Shown here piece after piece: positions 22,240 through 35,800 of a stretch of 64,000 nucleotides of DNA. The DNA lies in contig CAWFQB010000014.1 in NCBI GenBank assembly GCA_963817895.1, positions 64,001-128,000 of the forward strand, in the 5' to 3' direction. Positions within the stretch are counted from its first letter, which is position 1, and every line of letters begins with the position of its first letter. A model generated the notes under the pieces. It was not told where the DNA came from, searched no databases, and was given only the letters and a program-made list of their open reading frames with translations. Source of the DNA: an uncultured Chthonomonadaceae bacterium. Its GTDB lineage: Bacteria > Armatimonadota > Chthonomonadetes > Chthonomonadales > Chthonomonadaceae. A program made the position numbers and the translations under genes.

Positions 22240-23514
22240 ATGCCGGATTTTACCTATTTAGCGATGGACAAGGCGGGCAAGTCAACGACCGGCACGATAG
22301 CGGCCCGTGACAGCCAGGAAGCCGCCGTGAAAGTGCGCGCGCTTGGCGTGTACCCGACAAAGATAGCAAGCGGAGGCGGCAAAGCGCTTGCCAATGTCAG
22401 CAGCAACGGCGCGACTGCCGCGCTGAACGGAAAGCAGACAGCGACAACTACCGCCGCGCCGCCTGTCCGCAAAGGCAAGAAGATAACCCGCGTTCAGATA
22501 TTGCTGTACACGCGGGAAATGTCGGACTTGCTGGAAGCGGGTCTGCCGATGGATCGCGCGTTTTCAGTTCTGATTGACCAGACGGATAGCGAGTCCCTGC
22601 GGGCGATGCTGGTGGCGATGCAGGGCGATATTCGCGCCGGACAGCCGCTTTCGGACGCGCTGAAAAAGTTTCCGCGCGAGTTCACCCTTTTGTATGCCAA
22701 CATGGTTCATGCGGGCGAAGTGTCCGGGCAGCTTGCCAGCGTTATGACGCGGCTTGCCGACTTTATGGAGAAAGAGCAGGTTCGGCGCAGTCAGGTGATG
22801 GCCGCGCTGACCTATCCCCTCGTGTTGATTGGCGTGGCGGTTCTGGCGGTGACGTTTCTGCTGGTTTTTGTTATCCCCATGCTTTCCGGCGTGTTCAAAG
22901 ACCTGGGTTCGGAACTGCCGATAACGACCGTGATTTTGCTTGGTACCTCCAATTTCCTCAAAAACTACTGGTATGTAGTAATTTTGACTATCGGGGGGAT
23001 TGTCATGGGGTTTCGGACGTGGCTGCGGACGGCAAGTGGACAGGCGACCTTTGACCGTTTCCGCATGAAAATGCCGCTCCTTGGCGTTCTGAACCAGAAG
23101 ATTGTGGCGGCGCGACTGGTGCGAACATTGGGAACGTTGCTTGGCGGCGGCGTACCCATACTGGAATCGATGGAAATCGCGGCCTCCGCATTGGGCAATG
23201 TGGTAGCGACCGAAGCCCTGCTTGCGGCGCGGGCCGGTGTGCGGCAGGGGGAAACGCTGCACGAATCCATGGAAAAGACCGGCACGTTTCTGCCCATCGT
23301 GATGCACATGACAGCGGTTGGCGAAGAAACGGGGCGGTTGCCCAACATGCTGCTGCGCACGTCGGATACGCTGGACTTTGAGGTAGACAACGCGATGCGG
23401 CGGCTGACAAGCCTGATGGAACCGCTTGTCGTGCTGCTGATGGGCGGCTTTGTAGGCTTTATCGTGCTTTCCATTCTGCTGCCTATCTTCAAGGCGAGTA
23501 CGCTTGCCAAATAG
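22240..23514 (+). CDS. gspF: Type II secretion/T4P inner-membrane platform protein GspF/PilC
   Basis: MPDFTYLA, LLEAGLP, AGEVSGQL, ALTYP, VGEETGRL, EP. Confidence 0.93.
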   Translation: MPDFTYLAMDKAGKSTTGTIAARDSQEAAVKVRALGVYPTKIASGGGKALANVSSNGATAALNGKQTATTTAAPPVRKGKKITRVQILLYTREMSDLLEAGLPMDRAFSVLIDQTDSESLRAMLVAMQGDIRAGQPLSDALKKFPREFTLLYANMVHAGEVSGQLASVMTRLADFMEKEQVRRSQVMAALTYPLVLIGVAVLAVTFLLVFVIPMLSGVFKDLGSELPITTVILLGTSNFLKNYWYVVILTIGGIVMGFRTWLRTASGQATFDRFRMKMPLLGVLNQKIVAARLVRTLGTLLGGGVPILESMEIAASALGNVVATEALLAARAGVRQGETLHESMEKTGTFLPIVMHMTAVGEETGRLPNMLLRTSDTLDFEVDNAMRRLTSLMEPLVVLLMGGFVGFIVLSILLPIFKASTLAK

Positions 23515-23615
23515 ATTTCATTTGCCATTCTATTTCCCATGAGGGAAAATAGGAGTGTGTTTGACAGACGTTTTTGTTTCAGGAAAGTGGCCTGAGAACC
23601 AAAGGAGATACCAGA

Positions 23616-24077
23616 TTGAAACCATATACCCCCCTGACGCAGGGGCGTTCCCTGCACTCGCGCCGCCGACAGGGTTTTACCCTGATCGAAATTCTCGTCG
23701 TAGTCGTGATTATCGCGGTGCTTGCGGCTGTGGTCGTCCCTAACGTTATCGGGCGCATCAAGGACGCCAAAGTGTCCGCCGCGATTGCCAACATCAAGTC
23801 GTTCGATAACGCCATCGACCAGTACAAGCTGGATACGGGACAGACGCCCGCCACGCTGGACGTGCTGACCACCAATCCGGGCAACCCCAAATGGAACGGT
23901 CCGTACTTCAAAGGCCAAAGCTCGATCCCGCCCGACCCGTGGGGCCATCCCTACATCTTTAAGGTTCCCGGCGACAACGGGCGGGACTATGACATCAGTT
24001 CCGGCGGGCCTAACGAGCAGGCTGGCGATGCCGATGATATCCGAAGCTGGGACATCGGGGGCAATGCCGGAAAGTAA
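23616..24077 (+). CDS. gspG: Major pseudopilin GspG
   Basis: QG/FTLIE prepilin site, YKLDTG, WNGPY, DPWGHPY. RBS AAGGAG precedes the TTG start. Confidence 0.93.
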   Translation: MKPYTPLTQGRSLHSRRRQGFTLIEILVVVVIIAVLAAVVVPNVIGRIKDAKVSAAIANIKSFDNAIDQYKLDTGQTPATLDVLTTNPGNPKWNGPYFKGQSSIPPDPWGHPYIFKVPGDNGRDYDISSGGPNEQAGDADDIRSWDIGGNAGK

Positions 24078-24207
24078 GTATGTGGTTGGTGGTTGGTGAT
24101 TGGGGGCTGGTTGTATCAGCCATAAGCGCAGTCCTCTCAGGAACAACATGATGCGAGTCTACAACAAAAAACATTTGCCAACCACCAACCACCAACCACC
24201 AACCACC

Positions 24208-24780
24208 ATGCGTAAAGGTTTTACCCTGATTGAAATGGTTATTGTCATCATCATCGTAGCGGTGATGACGAGCGTGATTGTGCCGGCGTATGCGCGATTT
24301 TATGCCCGGGCGAATTACGATGGACAGGTGCGGCAGGTGCAGGACGTATTCGCATACGCCCGGGAACAGGCGTTGCAGCGCGATACCAACGTGACGCTGA
24401 ATTTCAGCCCGCAAACGGAGAGTTTTGATGTGACGCTCCTACCGCCCCCGCCGCCAACCGACCAGCCAACAGCGTATGCCAACTCCAATGCAGATACGTC
24501 TACGCTGACACAGTCGCACACGGTTCAGCTGGCGAGTACGGTAGGCGTTGTTGGGTTCACGGCGACGGATACCAGTCAGGGGATTGTACCCGGCGGTTCC
24601 GCAAGCAGCTCCAGCGGCGGCAGGGGACTGACAACGGTCAATTTCCGCTCGGACGGCACATCGGATGGCGCGGAAATGACGGTCGTTAGCGCTGAAGGTA
24701 ATTTCTCCACCCATTTGATCCTGCACCCCGGCAATGCCCGTATGACGGTAGACGATGCGCAGTCCGGGCAGAATAGATAA
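24208..24780 (+). CDS. gspH: Minor pseudopilin GspH-like
   Basis: KG/FTLIEMVIV, AREQA, VNFRSDG. Confidence 0.75.
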   Translation: MRKGFTLIEMVIVIIIVAVMTSVIVPAYARFYARANYDGQVRQVQDVFAYAREQALQRDTNVTLNFSPQTESFDVTLLPPPPPTDQPTAYANSNADTSTLTQSHTVQLASTVGVVGFTATDTSQGIVPGGSASSSSGGRGLTTVNFRSDGTSDGAEMTVVSAEGNFSTHLILHPGNARMTVDDAQSGQNR

Positions 24781-25332
24781 AAAACGTATTCATCACAGAG
24801 GCACAGAGACACAGAGGTTTCACAGAGAAGAGCGGGAAAAGGCAGAAAATGAACAGCAAAAGGCTTCGTCCTAAATCGGTTGTGTCTCGTATTCCTCTGT
24901 GTTCCCTCTCTGTGTCTCTGTGTCTCTGTGGTGGAAGCCGATTTCCCCGCCGTCGCGCAAATGCGGGCTTTACGCTGGTTGAAATGATTGTGGCGACGGT
25001 GCTGCTGGCGGTGGGCGTGGTTGCTACGCTGGGAGCCATTCATGCAGCGGCGCAGACTACTCAGGCTGCGGATGGCGCGCAGATGTCCGCGCTACTGGCG
25101 CAAAAGCAGATCACGCAATTGGAACTACAGCCGGATCAATTATCGGGCGGGGATCAGCAGGGCGAGTTTGGGGATGAGTATCCCGGCTATAAATGGCAGC
25201 AGAGCGTGGAAGCAACGGATTACACCAACCTGTTCAAAGTCACTTTGACGGTGAGTTGGGGCGGTGGCAACGATCAGCACAAGCGCGAATATGTTACCTA
25301 TCTGAGCAACGGCCAGCAGATTACCAATCCAA

Positions 25333-26391
<1,059 letters not shown>

Positions 26392-26468
26392 TTTAGGTTC
26401 TGTGTTCAATCTTGAACTTTTCTTGATTAAATTTACCTGTGTGGCACAGATGAAATGATGGACTGATA

Positions 26469-28352
26469 ATGGACAATGGAACGATTATAACCGCATATCG
26501 TCGCCGCGTTCGCGGGCAGGCGCTCGTCCCGGTCATTTTCATCATGCTGATTTTGACTGTTGTGGCCGTGTCCTCCGGCATTTCGGCAAGCCGCAGCGCG
26601 CATTCCGCCGGAAATTACGTCAATCAACTTCAGAGTTCGTATGCGGCGCGGGGCGCGATGAACTATGCCATGAGCGCGATTGCGCAGACGAGTAACAATG
26701 GCGCGTCGTATGGCATTGTGCCGCCGCTTCCCGATACGGATTCTAACGGTTGGGCGCAGATGGGCGATGCTTGGGTCAAGATCGAAGTGATTGATACAGG
26801 CGCGTTTCTGAACTTGAACAGCGTAAATCTTGCCACCTTGCAGCGGATGCCCGTATTTCGTGATAACCCCGATCTTGCGAACGCTGTCATAGCATGGCGC
26901 GGAATAAGTATAACGCAGCCTGCAACCGGGGCTGCGGGCGCAACGGGCGCGGCTGCTGCAACACCAGCGGCAACCGGGGACGATCCGTATCAGAGTTTGT
27001 CCACGCCGTACACGCTGAAAAACGCGCCTTTTGATACAGTGGAAGAGCTGCTGTTGGTGCAGGGCATGACGCCCACGCTGCTATATGGCAACGCAAGCGG
27101 GTCGCCAATATCCGCGCTGGATGCGGAAGCCGATGCCGCAAATGGCGTTACCTCGACAACAGCAAGTTCTTCATCCGGTTCTTCCGTGACCTCAACGGGT
27201 TCGCGGGGAGTGGGAATTTCCCGGCTGGCAAAAGTGTCACGGCAGGGCGCAGCGGGAACGGGCGCAAAGACAGGAACCTCGGCTGGAACGGGTACGACAG
27301 GAACGGGGGCGACGGGAACCGGCACAAATGGCACAGGCGCAACGGCAGCCGCCGAAGATTTCAGCGACATTTATACCGACAGCAAAGTGGTACTGGCGCA
27401 GCTCTTCACAACGGTATCGCGTGAGCGCAATGTGTCTACGGATGGCAACCCTCGGCTGAACGTCAACACGGCAACCGCGCAAAATTTTCAGGATCAACTC
27501 GGCCTGACCGCAGCGCAGGCGAATGGCATTATTCGTTTCCGCACACCACAAACGGGTGGCACGGGTGGGGGCGGGCAGGGCGGGCAGGCTGGCCGCCCCC
27601 GCCGCTCCCCGCGCTCCGGCAACAGGCGCAAACCTGCGCAGTGTGGATGATGCGTATTCCCTGACAAGGCAACTGGCAGGCGCGGGCGCGGCGGGCGCAG
27701 GCGGACAGGCACGGCCACCGGGACAGGAGCCGGGGGAACGGGCGCGCCTGGAATGCCCCGCCCAACAGCGCCCCAACCGTTGGGGGCGCGGCGCGGCCAG
27801 GTGGCGGGGCAGGAGCAGGAGCAGGCTACGACGACGCAGTCGTTCAAAACCATCGCGGATGTGCTGGAAGTCAATGCGTTTACTCGAACCGTGATGCAGC
27901 GCGTGGCCGACAAGTTGAGCGTGGATGATAAAGTTTTTCATGAAAACCTTGTCAATATCAATACCGCGCCTGCTGAAGTGCTGGCGGCTGTTCCCGGCAT
28001 GACGCACAACATTCTGAACGCTATTTTGAACTACCGGCAGGGCGGAACCTATTTTCAGGATATGGGCGATTTCTTTGCGCTTCAGGATTTGCAGCGCACA
28101 GATTTTCAAGCGGTAGTCGCCTACCTGACAACTAAAACCTCTACCTATTACGTCCATATCAAAGTGCGTTCCGGGGAGCAGCAAAGCACATATGCGGTTT
28201 CCGCAATGGTGGAAATGTCGGACAATGGCGCGCATGTGCTGCAATGGCGCGAAGTGCCTCGCGTACCCGGCTGGTCTACCTGGATCAAACCGCCCACTCT
28301 GCCGACCCCGACGCTGGGCCAGAACAGTTCCGGCGCGGCCAGCGCGCAATAG
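26469..28352 (+). CDS. gspK: Minor pseudopilin GspK-like (frameshifted in a Gly-rich insert)
   Basis: RG/QALVPVI, LNLN, NAPFDTVEELLLVQGMT, LNVNTA and VNINTAP helix-hairpin-helix motifs. Confidence 0.82.
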
Positions 28353-28458
28353 AAGAGAGAGTAGGTTGTAGGGAGTAGGAAGTAGGAAGCACGAATTCGT
28401 CTGATACCCTACTTCCTACACCCTACACCCTACACCCTGATGTTTTGAAGGAGTTTCG

Positions 28459-31088
28459 ATGCGAACTAATGCTTCCGCCCGCGCCACCGCCGCCACATCC
28501 ACGATTGCGGTTGATCTTGGCGCAACCGCCGTGCGCGTGGTTGAGATGGATTTTGACGCCGCCGGACACGCGACGATTGGCGCGGCGCGGAGTTGCGCCC
28601 GTCCCGCCGGGATTGTGGAACGACCTGAGTTCCAATCGCGAGGCTTTGAGCAGCGCGATAACGCAGGCGCTTGCTTCGGCGGGTATTGCGGGCAAGGCGG
28701 TAGTCGCCTGCCTGCCGCGCCGACTGGTGACGATGCGGTTTGTGCGCCTGCCCCATGCGCCGCCCGAAGCAATGCGCGGCATGGTGGAATTTGAAGCGCA
28801 GCAGTATGTGCTTTTCCCGCTGGATGATGTGATTCTCGATTACCATGTCGTCACCACGCCGATGGATGCGGCGGGGCTGGGCGCGGACGATATGGATACC
28901 GTCCTGCTTGCCGCCGCTCGCCGTTCGCTTATTGACGATATTATGGCCGTATTCGACCGGGCGGGTCTGGAACTGCTGCAATTGTCCGTGTCCGCGCTTG
29001 CGCTTGCGGAAAACGCCCGCGACAGTCTGGAACCGACCGCGCTGATTGACGTGGAACCGGGCGAACTGGATGTGGCTGTGGTTGCGGATGGACAAATACT
29101 GTTTACCCGCGCTTCCGCTCTGGACATTGCGAATGTTCGCCCGGAAGTTGCCGAGCGGCGTCGAGGTGGAGGAGGTTCTGCGCTCCTTTACTTCCTACCA
29201 GAATGAGTTTCGGAATCGTCCTCTGGCGCATGTTTATATCGGGGGCGAAAGCGCGACAGGAACGGCTGCGGAGGGATTGCAGCGTGCGCTGACGGAAATG
29301 CTGGAAATGGCGGTCACGCCGCTTGTGCCGCGCGGCGTTGGCGGCGGGGATGGAGAAGCGCGGGCGTGGGCGACGGCGATCGGCATGACCCTGCAATCTC
29401 GCGCCGGGCAGCATTGCGCCCATCAGTCTGGTTCCCAACGAACGGGCGATGCGCAAAGCGAATCAGGCGAAACAGCGGCGGCAGCAATTGATGGCGCTTG
29501 CGGGTACGGCGGCAACAGTGGCCGCTTGCTTCGTGGGCTGGCAGGCGTATAACAGCGCACAGAAAAATGCGGTTCTGACGGTTGCGGCAAACAAGGACTT
29601 GCAGACTGTCAACGATAAGGTGAAGAAACTCAAGTCGTCGCATGACAAGATTCAGACCATTGCCGAAGAAGTGGGGGGTGGGCTGGATCGCAACCATCCT
29701 TCGGTAGATGTGCTTTACGCGCTGAACGCCGCTTTACCGGCAGCGGCAGACATCTGGCTGACGCAGTTTCAGTTTGAACGGGGCGGACTGCTCACGTTGC
29801 ACGGCGAAACCAAGCGGGCATTAGAAGCCACGCAACTGGTGCTGTCTCTGCAAAAATCCGGCGCGTTTACGGATGTTCGGCTGACGTATGTGGGCGACTC
29901 GCAGGACAACTCGCCTGCAATGAATCCGGCTCCGGCTCCTACTCCCACAACGACGGTAACGACAATCTCAACTCCTGTCGCGCCTGTTGTGCCGACTTTG
30001 CCTGCCCCGGCCTCTTTCGGAGGTTTTCCGGGCGGCGCGGGTGGCTTTAATCCCGGCGCGGGCGGACGTTTTGGCGGCAACGGGCAGGGGCCGACCGTGA
30101 TTACTCCTTCCAATGGCGCGACGTTTACTCCGCCCAACGGGGCCAATTTCCCCACGCCCAATGGCGGAAACCCTAATTTCCCGAATGGAGGCGCTTCCTT
30201 CCCGGTTCCGGGCGGCGTCGCGCCTAATGGCGTGAATATTCAGGGGAGTGGGAATATACAATTTACGCCGAACGATCCGAATCAGCCGAACCCTGGTTTT
30301 CAGGGCGCTCCTCAGCCGTTCATTCCGCCCACGCCCATCCCCGCGCCTGTTCCCGGCGGCACATCGGCAGCTCCGGCAAGTCGCAGCCGACAGGCCGGTT
30401 TGGAGGGCGAAGGCGGGAATTTGATACTGGCAGGCTGGCAGGGGCCTGTGGATAACGGCGGCGGAAATGGCGGAAACGGAAACGGCGGTAATGGGAACGG
30501 GGGGAACGGCAACAGGGGAGGACGCGGCGGTGGACGCCGTAATCGGGGTAATGGCGGCAATTATCCGAATTTTGATCCGAATGCAACCGGGGGCAACTTC
30601 AATCCGGGGAATAATGGCGGCAATAATCCGGGCAGCAACCCCGGCAGCGTGAACAGCAGTGCGCCGACGTACAGCACCGGCAGCATTTTCGGGGCTACGC
30701 CGAGCAACCCGAATGTGAACACGCCTCCTGATCCGAACGCTAACCAGAATCCGAACTTTCCGAATCCGAACTTTCCGGGCGGGAACCGGAGATTTAGAAA
30801 TGGCTTCGGCGGGGGCGGTTTTGGCGGCAATCCGCTGAGTGCGCCCCTCACCACGCCGCCGGGGGGAATTCAGCGCGTAACCCGCAAAATCGTCACGCCG
30901 GTACGCCCGAAGACAAATCCACCGAAACAAACCCTCACGAGCTTCGTCATTACCTGTCGAGTGAACATGAAACGCGCGGATTTAGTGCCTGCCGGCGCAA
31001 CCATCCCGACATCGGCAAATAAGCCGAAACACGGCTGCGGGTAGCCGGGGCGGAACAAAGCGCGCAGGCGGCGCGAACACTGCTGTAG
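28459..31088 (+). CDS. PilM-PilN (GspL-like) protein, probably one fused gene split by indels; 3' end approximate
   Basis: IAVDLGA, EFEAQQYVLFPLDDVILDY, LLAAA, ALIDV, AIG, then ISLVP (PilN INLLP-like), a TM helix, IWLTQF and FTDVRL. No clear separate pilN start. Confidence 0.7.
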
Positions 31089-31103
31089 ACAACGGGGGCG
31101 ACA

Positions 31104-31709
31104 ATGCAGACAATGAGTAGCCGTGACAAAGGCCTGGTCGCCTTGATGATTTTCGTGGTGCTTATCGGCGTCGTATTGAAACTGCTGCCGTCAGGGACCG
31201 GGGGCGCGGGCGCGGGCAAGCAGCTTTCGCTTGAAGACGCGCAGAAGCAGACCACGCAGGGAAACAAGCAACTCAAGCTGATGGAAGATGAGATGAAGGC
31301 GCGACAGCCACGAATCGAGCGCATGACGTATACCATGCCGGCGGAGCAACTCAGCGCGACGGTGACACAGGATTTGTACACGCTGGCCGATAAAGCAGGG
31401 GTGCATATACGCGAGATCAAGCCGCTACGCGCCAAAACGCTGAAGTCCGGCAACATTGCCCGCGTTCCCCTGGAAGTGCGCTTTCGCGCCCCGTTTCAGC
31501 CCAATGTGATGAAGTTTTTGTATATGGCGGAAGACCCGGCCAACAAAATCGTTGTGGACAAAGTGAGCATTACTTCAACGGACACCCACTTGAAATCAGT
31601 GGATGTGGCCGCGCAAATCAGCGTATTTACGCGCTCCCTGACAGGGTCCTCGTCAGGCGGGGGAGAAGGAGATACCAATGACAGCACGGCAACAACCAAC
31701 AGAGGATAA
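31104..31709 (+). CDS. PilO/GspM-like protein
   Basis: SSRDK plus N-terminal TM, coiled coil, RVPLEVRF...VMKFLY...VDKVSI. Confidence 0.72.
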   Translation: MQTMSSRDKGLVALMIFVVLIGVVLKLLPSGTGGAGAGKQLSLEDAQKQTTQGNKQLKLMEDEMKARQPRIERMTYTMPAEQLSATVTQDLYTLADKAGVHIREIKPLRAKTLKSGNIARVPLEVRFRAPFQPNVMKFLYMAEDPANKIVVDKVSITSTDTHLKSVDVAAQISVFTRSLTGSSSGGGEGDTNDSTATTNRG

Positions 31710-31713
31710 CAAC

Positions 31714-32647
31714 ATGACCAACAAAACTACCGGGCATAATCTGCCGCTGTTCGCGCAGCCGGTGAATGGTTCCAAATTCCCGACACCTGTCGGCGGGCAA
31801 GCAGGAGGGCGCGTTCTGGTCGCGGCCGTTCGCATGGACATGGCGGTGATTGCCTGTGGCGCGTTGCTGTCCCTGTCCCGCCCGGATAAGGCGCAGAATT
31901 CTCCCGCAGCGCGAAATACGCCACCCGTAGCCGTGTCGCAGAACCGAACTTCTAATGCGGCGAGTTCCACCGGCGCGGCGAACACCACACCGACGCTTGA
32001 CGCGATGGGCGACGCGCGAAACGAGAGCCGACGCTCCATAGACTTTTACACGCAGGCTGTGCGCAGCAACATGTTTACCGCTCCTGTACCGCCAACTCCG
32101 CCTGCCCCGAAAGCGGTAGTCGTGGTCACTACAACCCCTAAAGCTATTCCGGTTCCGGTTCGTGCCGCCAGTGGAAATCAATCCCTTTGCCGAATGGTCG
32201 TATACGGGCGTAATTAAATCGGACGATCAGATCACCGCGCTGGTTGAAAACACGCGCACCAAAGAGGGGCAGTTCCTGAAGGCCGGGGATATGTTCATGG
32301 GTTCGCAGATCGCGACGATTACGGATCAGGAGATCGTGCTGAAATCCGGCAAGACATCGCGCACACTGGCGAAATCGGACAATATCACCGTGACGCCGCT
32401 GGACCGTAGCGCGATTCCCACAAACGGTCAGGGACAGGCGCAGCCCGGACAACAGCAGCCCAACGCGGCGCAGCTTATCCAGCAGGCCATGCAGATGCAG
32501 ATGCAGAGCATGCAGGGCGGCGGGCGGAATCGCGGCGGGAATGGTGGCGGCGGTGGCCCGACGTTTACGCTTCCCAATGGCCGCCAGTTGAATCAGCAGC
32601 AGTACCAGCGCCGATCACAGGGCCTGAACCAGAACTTCAACCAGTAG
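31714..32647 (+). CDS. GspC/PilP-like protein (frameshifted)
   Basis: TM segment, NMF, Pro-rich linker, then WSYTGVI...ALVEN...FLKAGD...I.I...IVL. Confidence 0.6.
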
Positions 32648-32663
32648 TGACTGGTGGCTAGTG

Positions 32664-32708
32664 TAGCGCAATGCGCGGTTGGTTTACATTTAGCGCAATG
32701 CGCGGTTG
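32664..32708 (+). repeat. 18-bp direct repeat TAGCGCAATGCGCGGTTG, two copies
   Basis: Copies at 32664-32681 and 32691-32708, upstream of gspD. Confidence 0.8.
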
Positions 32709-32839
32709 ATACGCCCCTTTTAACCCCGTATGCCGGTCTCCTTCAATAATTTTGAAGGAGACTGCGCAACCCAACGAATGTTTTTCAGCGCGAAAATTCC
32801 GGCAGCGTCCGGGTGAATTCGATAGCGGAGGATAATGCT

Positions 32840-35800
32840 TTGACACAAGAATCCACAGGACTCGCCGCCAGTTACCGGGGGCAGAGCCTGGTGCGCGCGC
32901 ATCGGCGGCGCGACCCTTGCAACGGGGCTGGTCGTGGTCCTGGCGTCGGCGCAGGCGCAGGACGCGGCAACCACGACAGCGCCAACCGCCAAACCAGGCG
33001 CCACTGCCGCCAAACCGGCAACAGCGAAGAAGCCTGCCGCGAAGAAGCCTGCCGCTAAAAAGAGCAGCAAGCAAACCTCGAAGCCGACTACAGGTAAAAG
33101 CAGCGCGGCGCAGAATACCCGTAACACCGCAGCTCCGGCAACCGGCGCGCCCGGACTGAGCATTGTGCCAATGCAGGGCAGGGGAACCGGCGGAACCAAT
33201 GTACCCGGACGCGGCGTTCCTGGTGTTCCCGGCGTACCCGGCGCGTTTCCGGGCGGCCAATTTCCGGGACGGCAGTTTCCCGGCGGTGGCGGCAGCGGTT
33301 TTAGTGGCGGGGGCAGCGGATTTGGTCAGGGCGGACGTGGAAGCGTGTTTTCGTTTGAGTTTCGCGGCACGGACATTGACAACGTTCTGAAGTTTTTTTC
33401 CAACAATTCCGGTCTGACGATTACCAAGGACCCGGCGCTGACCGGCCCGGTAACAATTCTCAGTCCTTCGCCCGTTAGTCTCGATCAGGCCTTTCGCATT
33501 TTGCAGTCCGTGCTGTATGTGCGCGGATTTACGGCAGTGCAGAGCAACGGCGTTCTGCAAATTTTGCCATTTCAAGGCGCGATAAAGAGTACGGGACTGC
33601 TCAATCCAGGCATCAATGAGGATGGAACCACGCGGGTTGATCCACGCAACCAGTTTATGACGCAGGTAATACCGATTGAGAACGCGGATGCGGACCAGTT
33701 GGCAAAGGAACTGAAAGACCTTGCCAGCCCTGGGGCCAGCCTTATTGGCAGTGTGGGAACCAACTCGCTGATTATCACGGATACAGCCAGCAATGTGGCG
33801 CGTTTCATCACGCTTGTCGAAGCGCTGGACAAGACCTCCAACAAGACAGAGCTTAAAATTTACGCGCTGACCCGCGCTGACGCTTCAACTATTGCCTCGA
33901 TTATCAACGATTTGTACAGCAAAACCACGACGCGGGGACGCAGCACAGGGGGACAGCCGGGGCCGGGACAGCCGGGTTTCAATCCGGGTAATCCGCAGGG
34001 GCAGGGGCAGCAGCAGAGCGGCAGCCGTCCCGCAGTCGTTGCGGTTGCCGAACAGGGTACGAATTCCGTTCTCGTGGTAGCGTCGCCCGATAATCAGGAG
34101 AGAATCGCTCGCGACATCATCACGCGGCTGGATGGCGACGATTCCAACCGACTGGATACCGTGACCCGCAAAATCAATTTCGCGGACGCGCAGACGATCT
34201 CGGATGAGGTGAACAGCGTTCTGTCGAATTCCCGCCCCGGCCAGGGTTCTTCGGTCAGCCCCTCGTTCCAGCAGCGCACATTCGGCGGCGGTGGCGGCGG
34301 TTTTGCCGCATTCTTCGGTGGCGGTGGCGGAGGCAGTTCCAGTACGGGCAGCACCGATCCGTTCGGCAAAGTGGTACCTGATCCGCGCACCAATACGGTT
34401 CTGATTACCGCAACCAAAGATCGCATGGCGCGTATCAACGACCTGATTGACAAATTGGATCAGGAAGTGCCGGTAGAATCAACCACGTTTGTGTTCCCGC
34501 TCAAGAATGCGAATTCTTCGGATGTTGCGCAGGCATTGAGTCAGGCTTTCGGAACCACCAGCACGAACAATCAGTTCGGAAACAACCAGAATCGGAATGG
34601 AGTTGGCACCTCCACTAACGCCAGCAACCCGTTTGGGCGGCAGGGAACCGGCAGCGGTTCGCAGCGGCAGCTTGGTTCTGTTGCGGGCGGGACGGGGTAT
34701 TGGCAGGGGCGCAGGCCGCTCCAACGTTCCTCCCGGCCCGCCGGATGCGCCTGATAACAGTGGCAATGCCGCGGGCGACGGCAGCATACAGACAGGTGGC
34801 GGCTCTGCTCTGCCGCAGGGAATTCCGGGCGTCCTGACCGATCAGGGCTTCGTTCCCACGGAACAATCCGGCAACGGCAACAATGGCGAAATATCGCGCC
34901 AGATTTTCGGCGGTTTCGGCGGCGGCGGTTTTGGTGGTGGGCAGGAGGGCAGCAGCGATTGGGACAAACCCAAACGCCGCAGTACGGGCCGGGCAGAACC
35001 GGCGGCTACTCGAACCTGCTGCAATTGCAGGGCAACGTGTTTGTCACGCCCTCGCCCGAAGGCGACAACCTGATTATCACGACCCTGCCGCAGAACTATG
35101 AGGCGGTGCGGCAGATCATTGACGCGCTGGACATCGTTCCCCGGCAGGTGATGATTGAAGTAATCATAGCCGAAGTGACGCTGGACAGCGATCAGAAATT
35201 AGGCTTCACGCTGGGCGGCAACTTCCTCAAGTTGTTCAATAGCGCCAATACCGCGCAGGGGCAGATCAATGTGCCAGCGTCAGGGATTGGCAACCGCCTT
35301 CGATCCGGCGGCGGCGGGAGCGCAATTCGTAATCAGCGGCGGAAATTACAATACGCTGATTCAGGCGCTGACGACGGACAACAAAGTCCACGTTCTTGCC
35401 ACGCCGCGCGTTTTCGCCTCCAACAACCAGGCGGCGGATATTACCATCGCGACGCAGATCCCGTTCTTGCAGGGTACGACATCAAGCGCGTTCTCGTCTG
35501 TTGTCAGCCAGACGGTGCAGACGGCGAACGTGGGTTATGACCTGACGGTAACGCCGCGCATCACGCGGCAGGGATTGGTGACAATCGCCCTGACGCAGGA
35601 AGCGAATTCGCTGGTGCGCTTCCAGACTTTGGGATCGGGCGTGAATGCGAGCGTGTACCCGGTCATCAATACGCGCAATACGGATACGACGGTCACGGTG
35701 CAGGACGGAGAAACCATCGTTATCGGCGGCTTGATTCAGGACAACCGCGCCGTGAACGTTACCAAGGTTCCCGTTCTGGGCGATATTCCCCTCATCGGGC

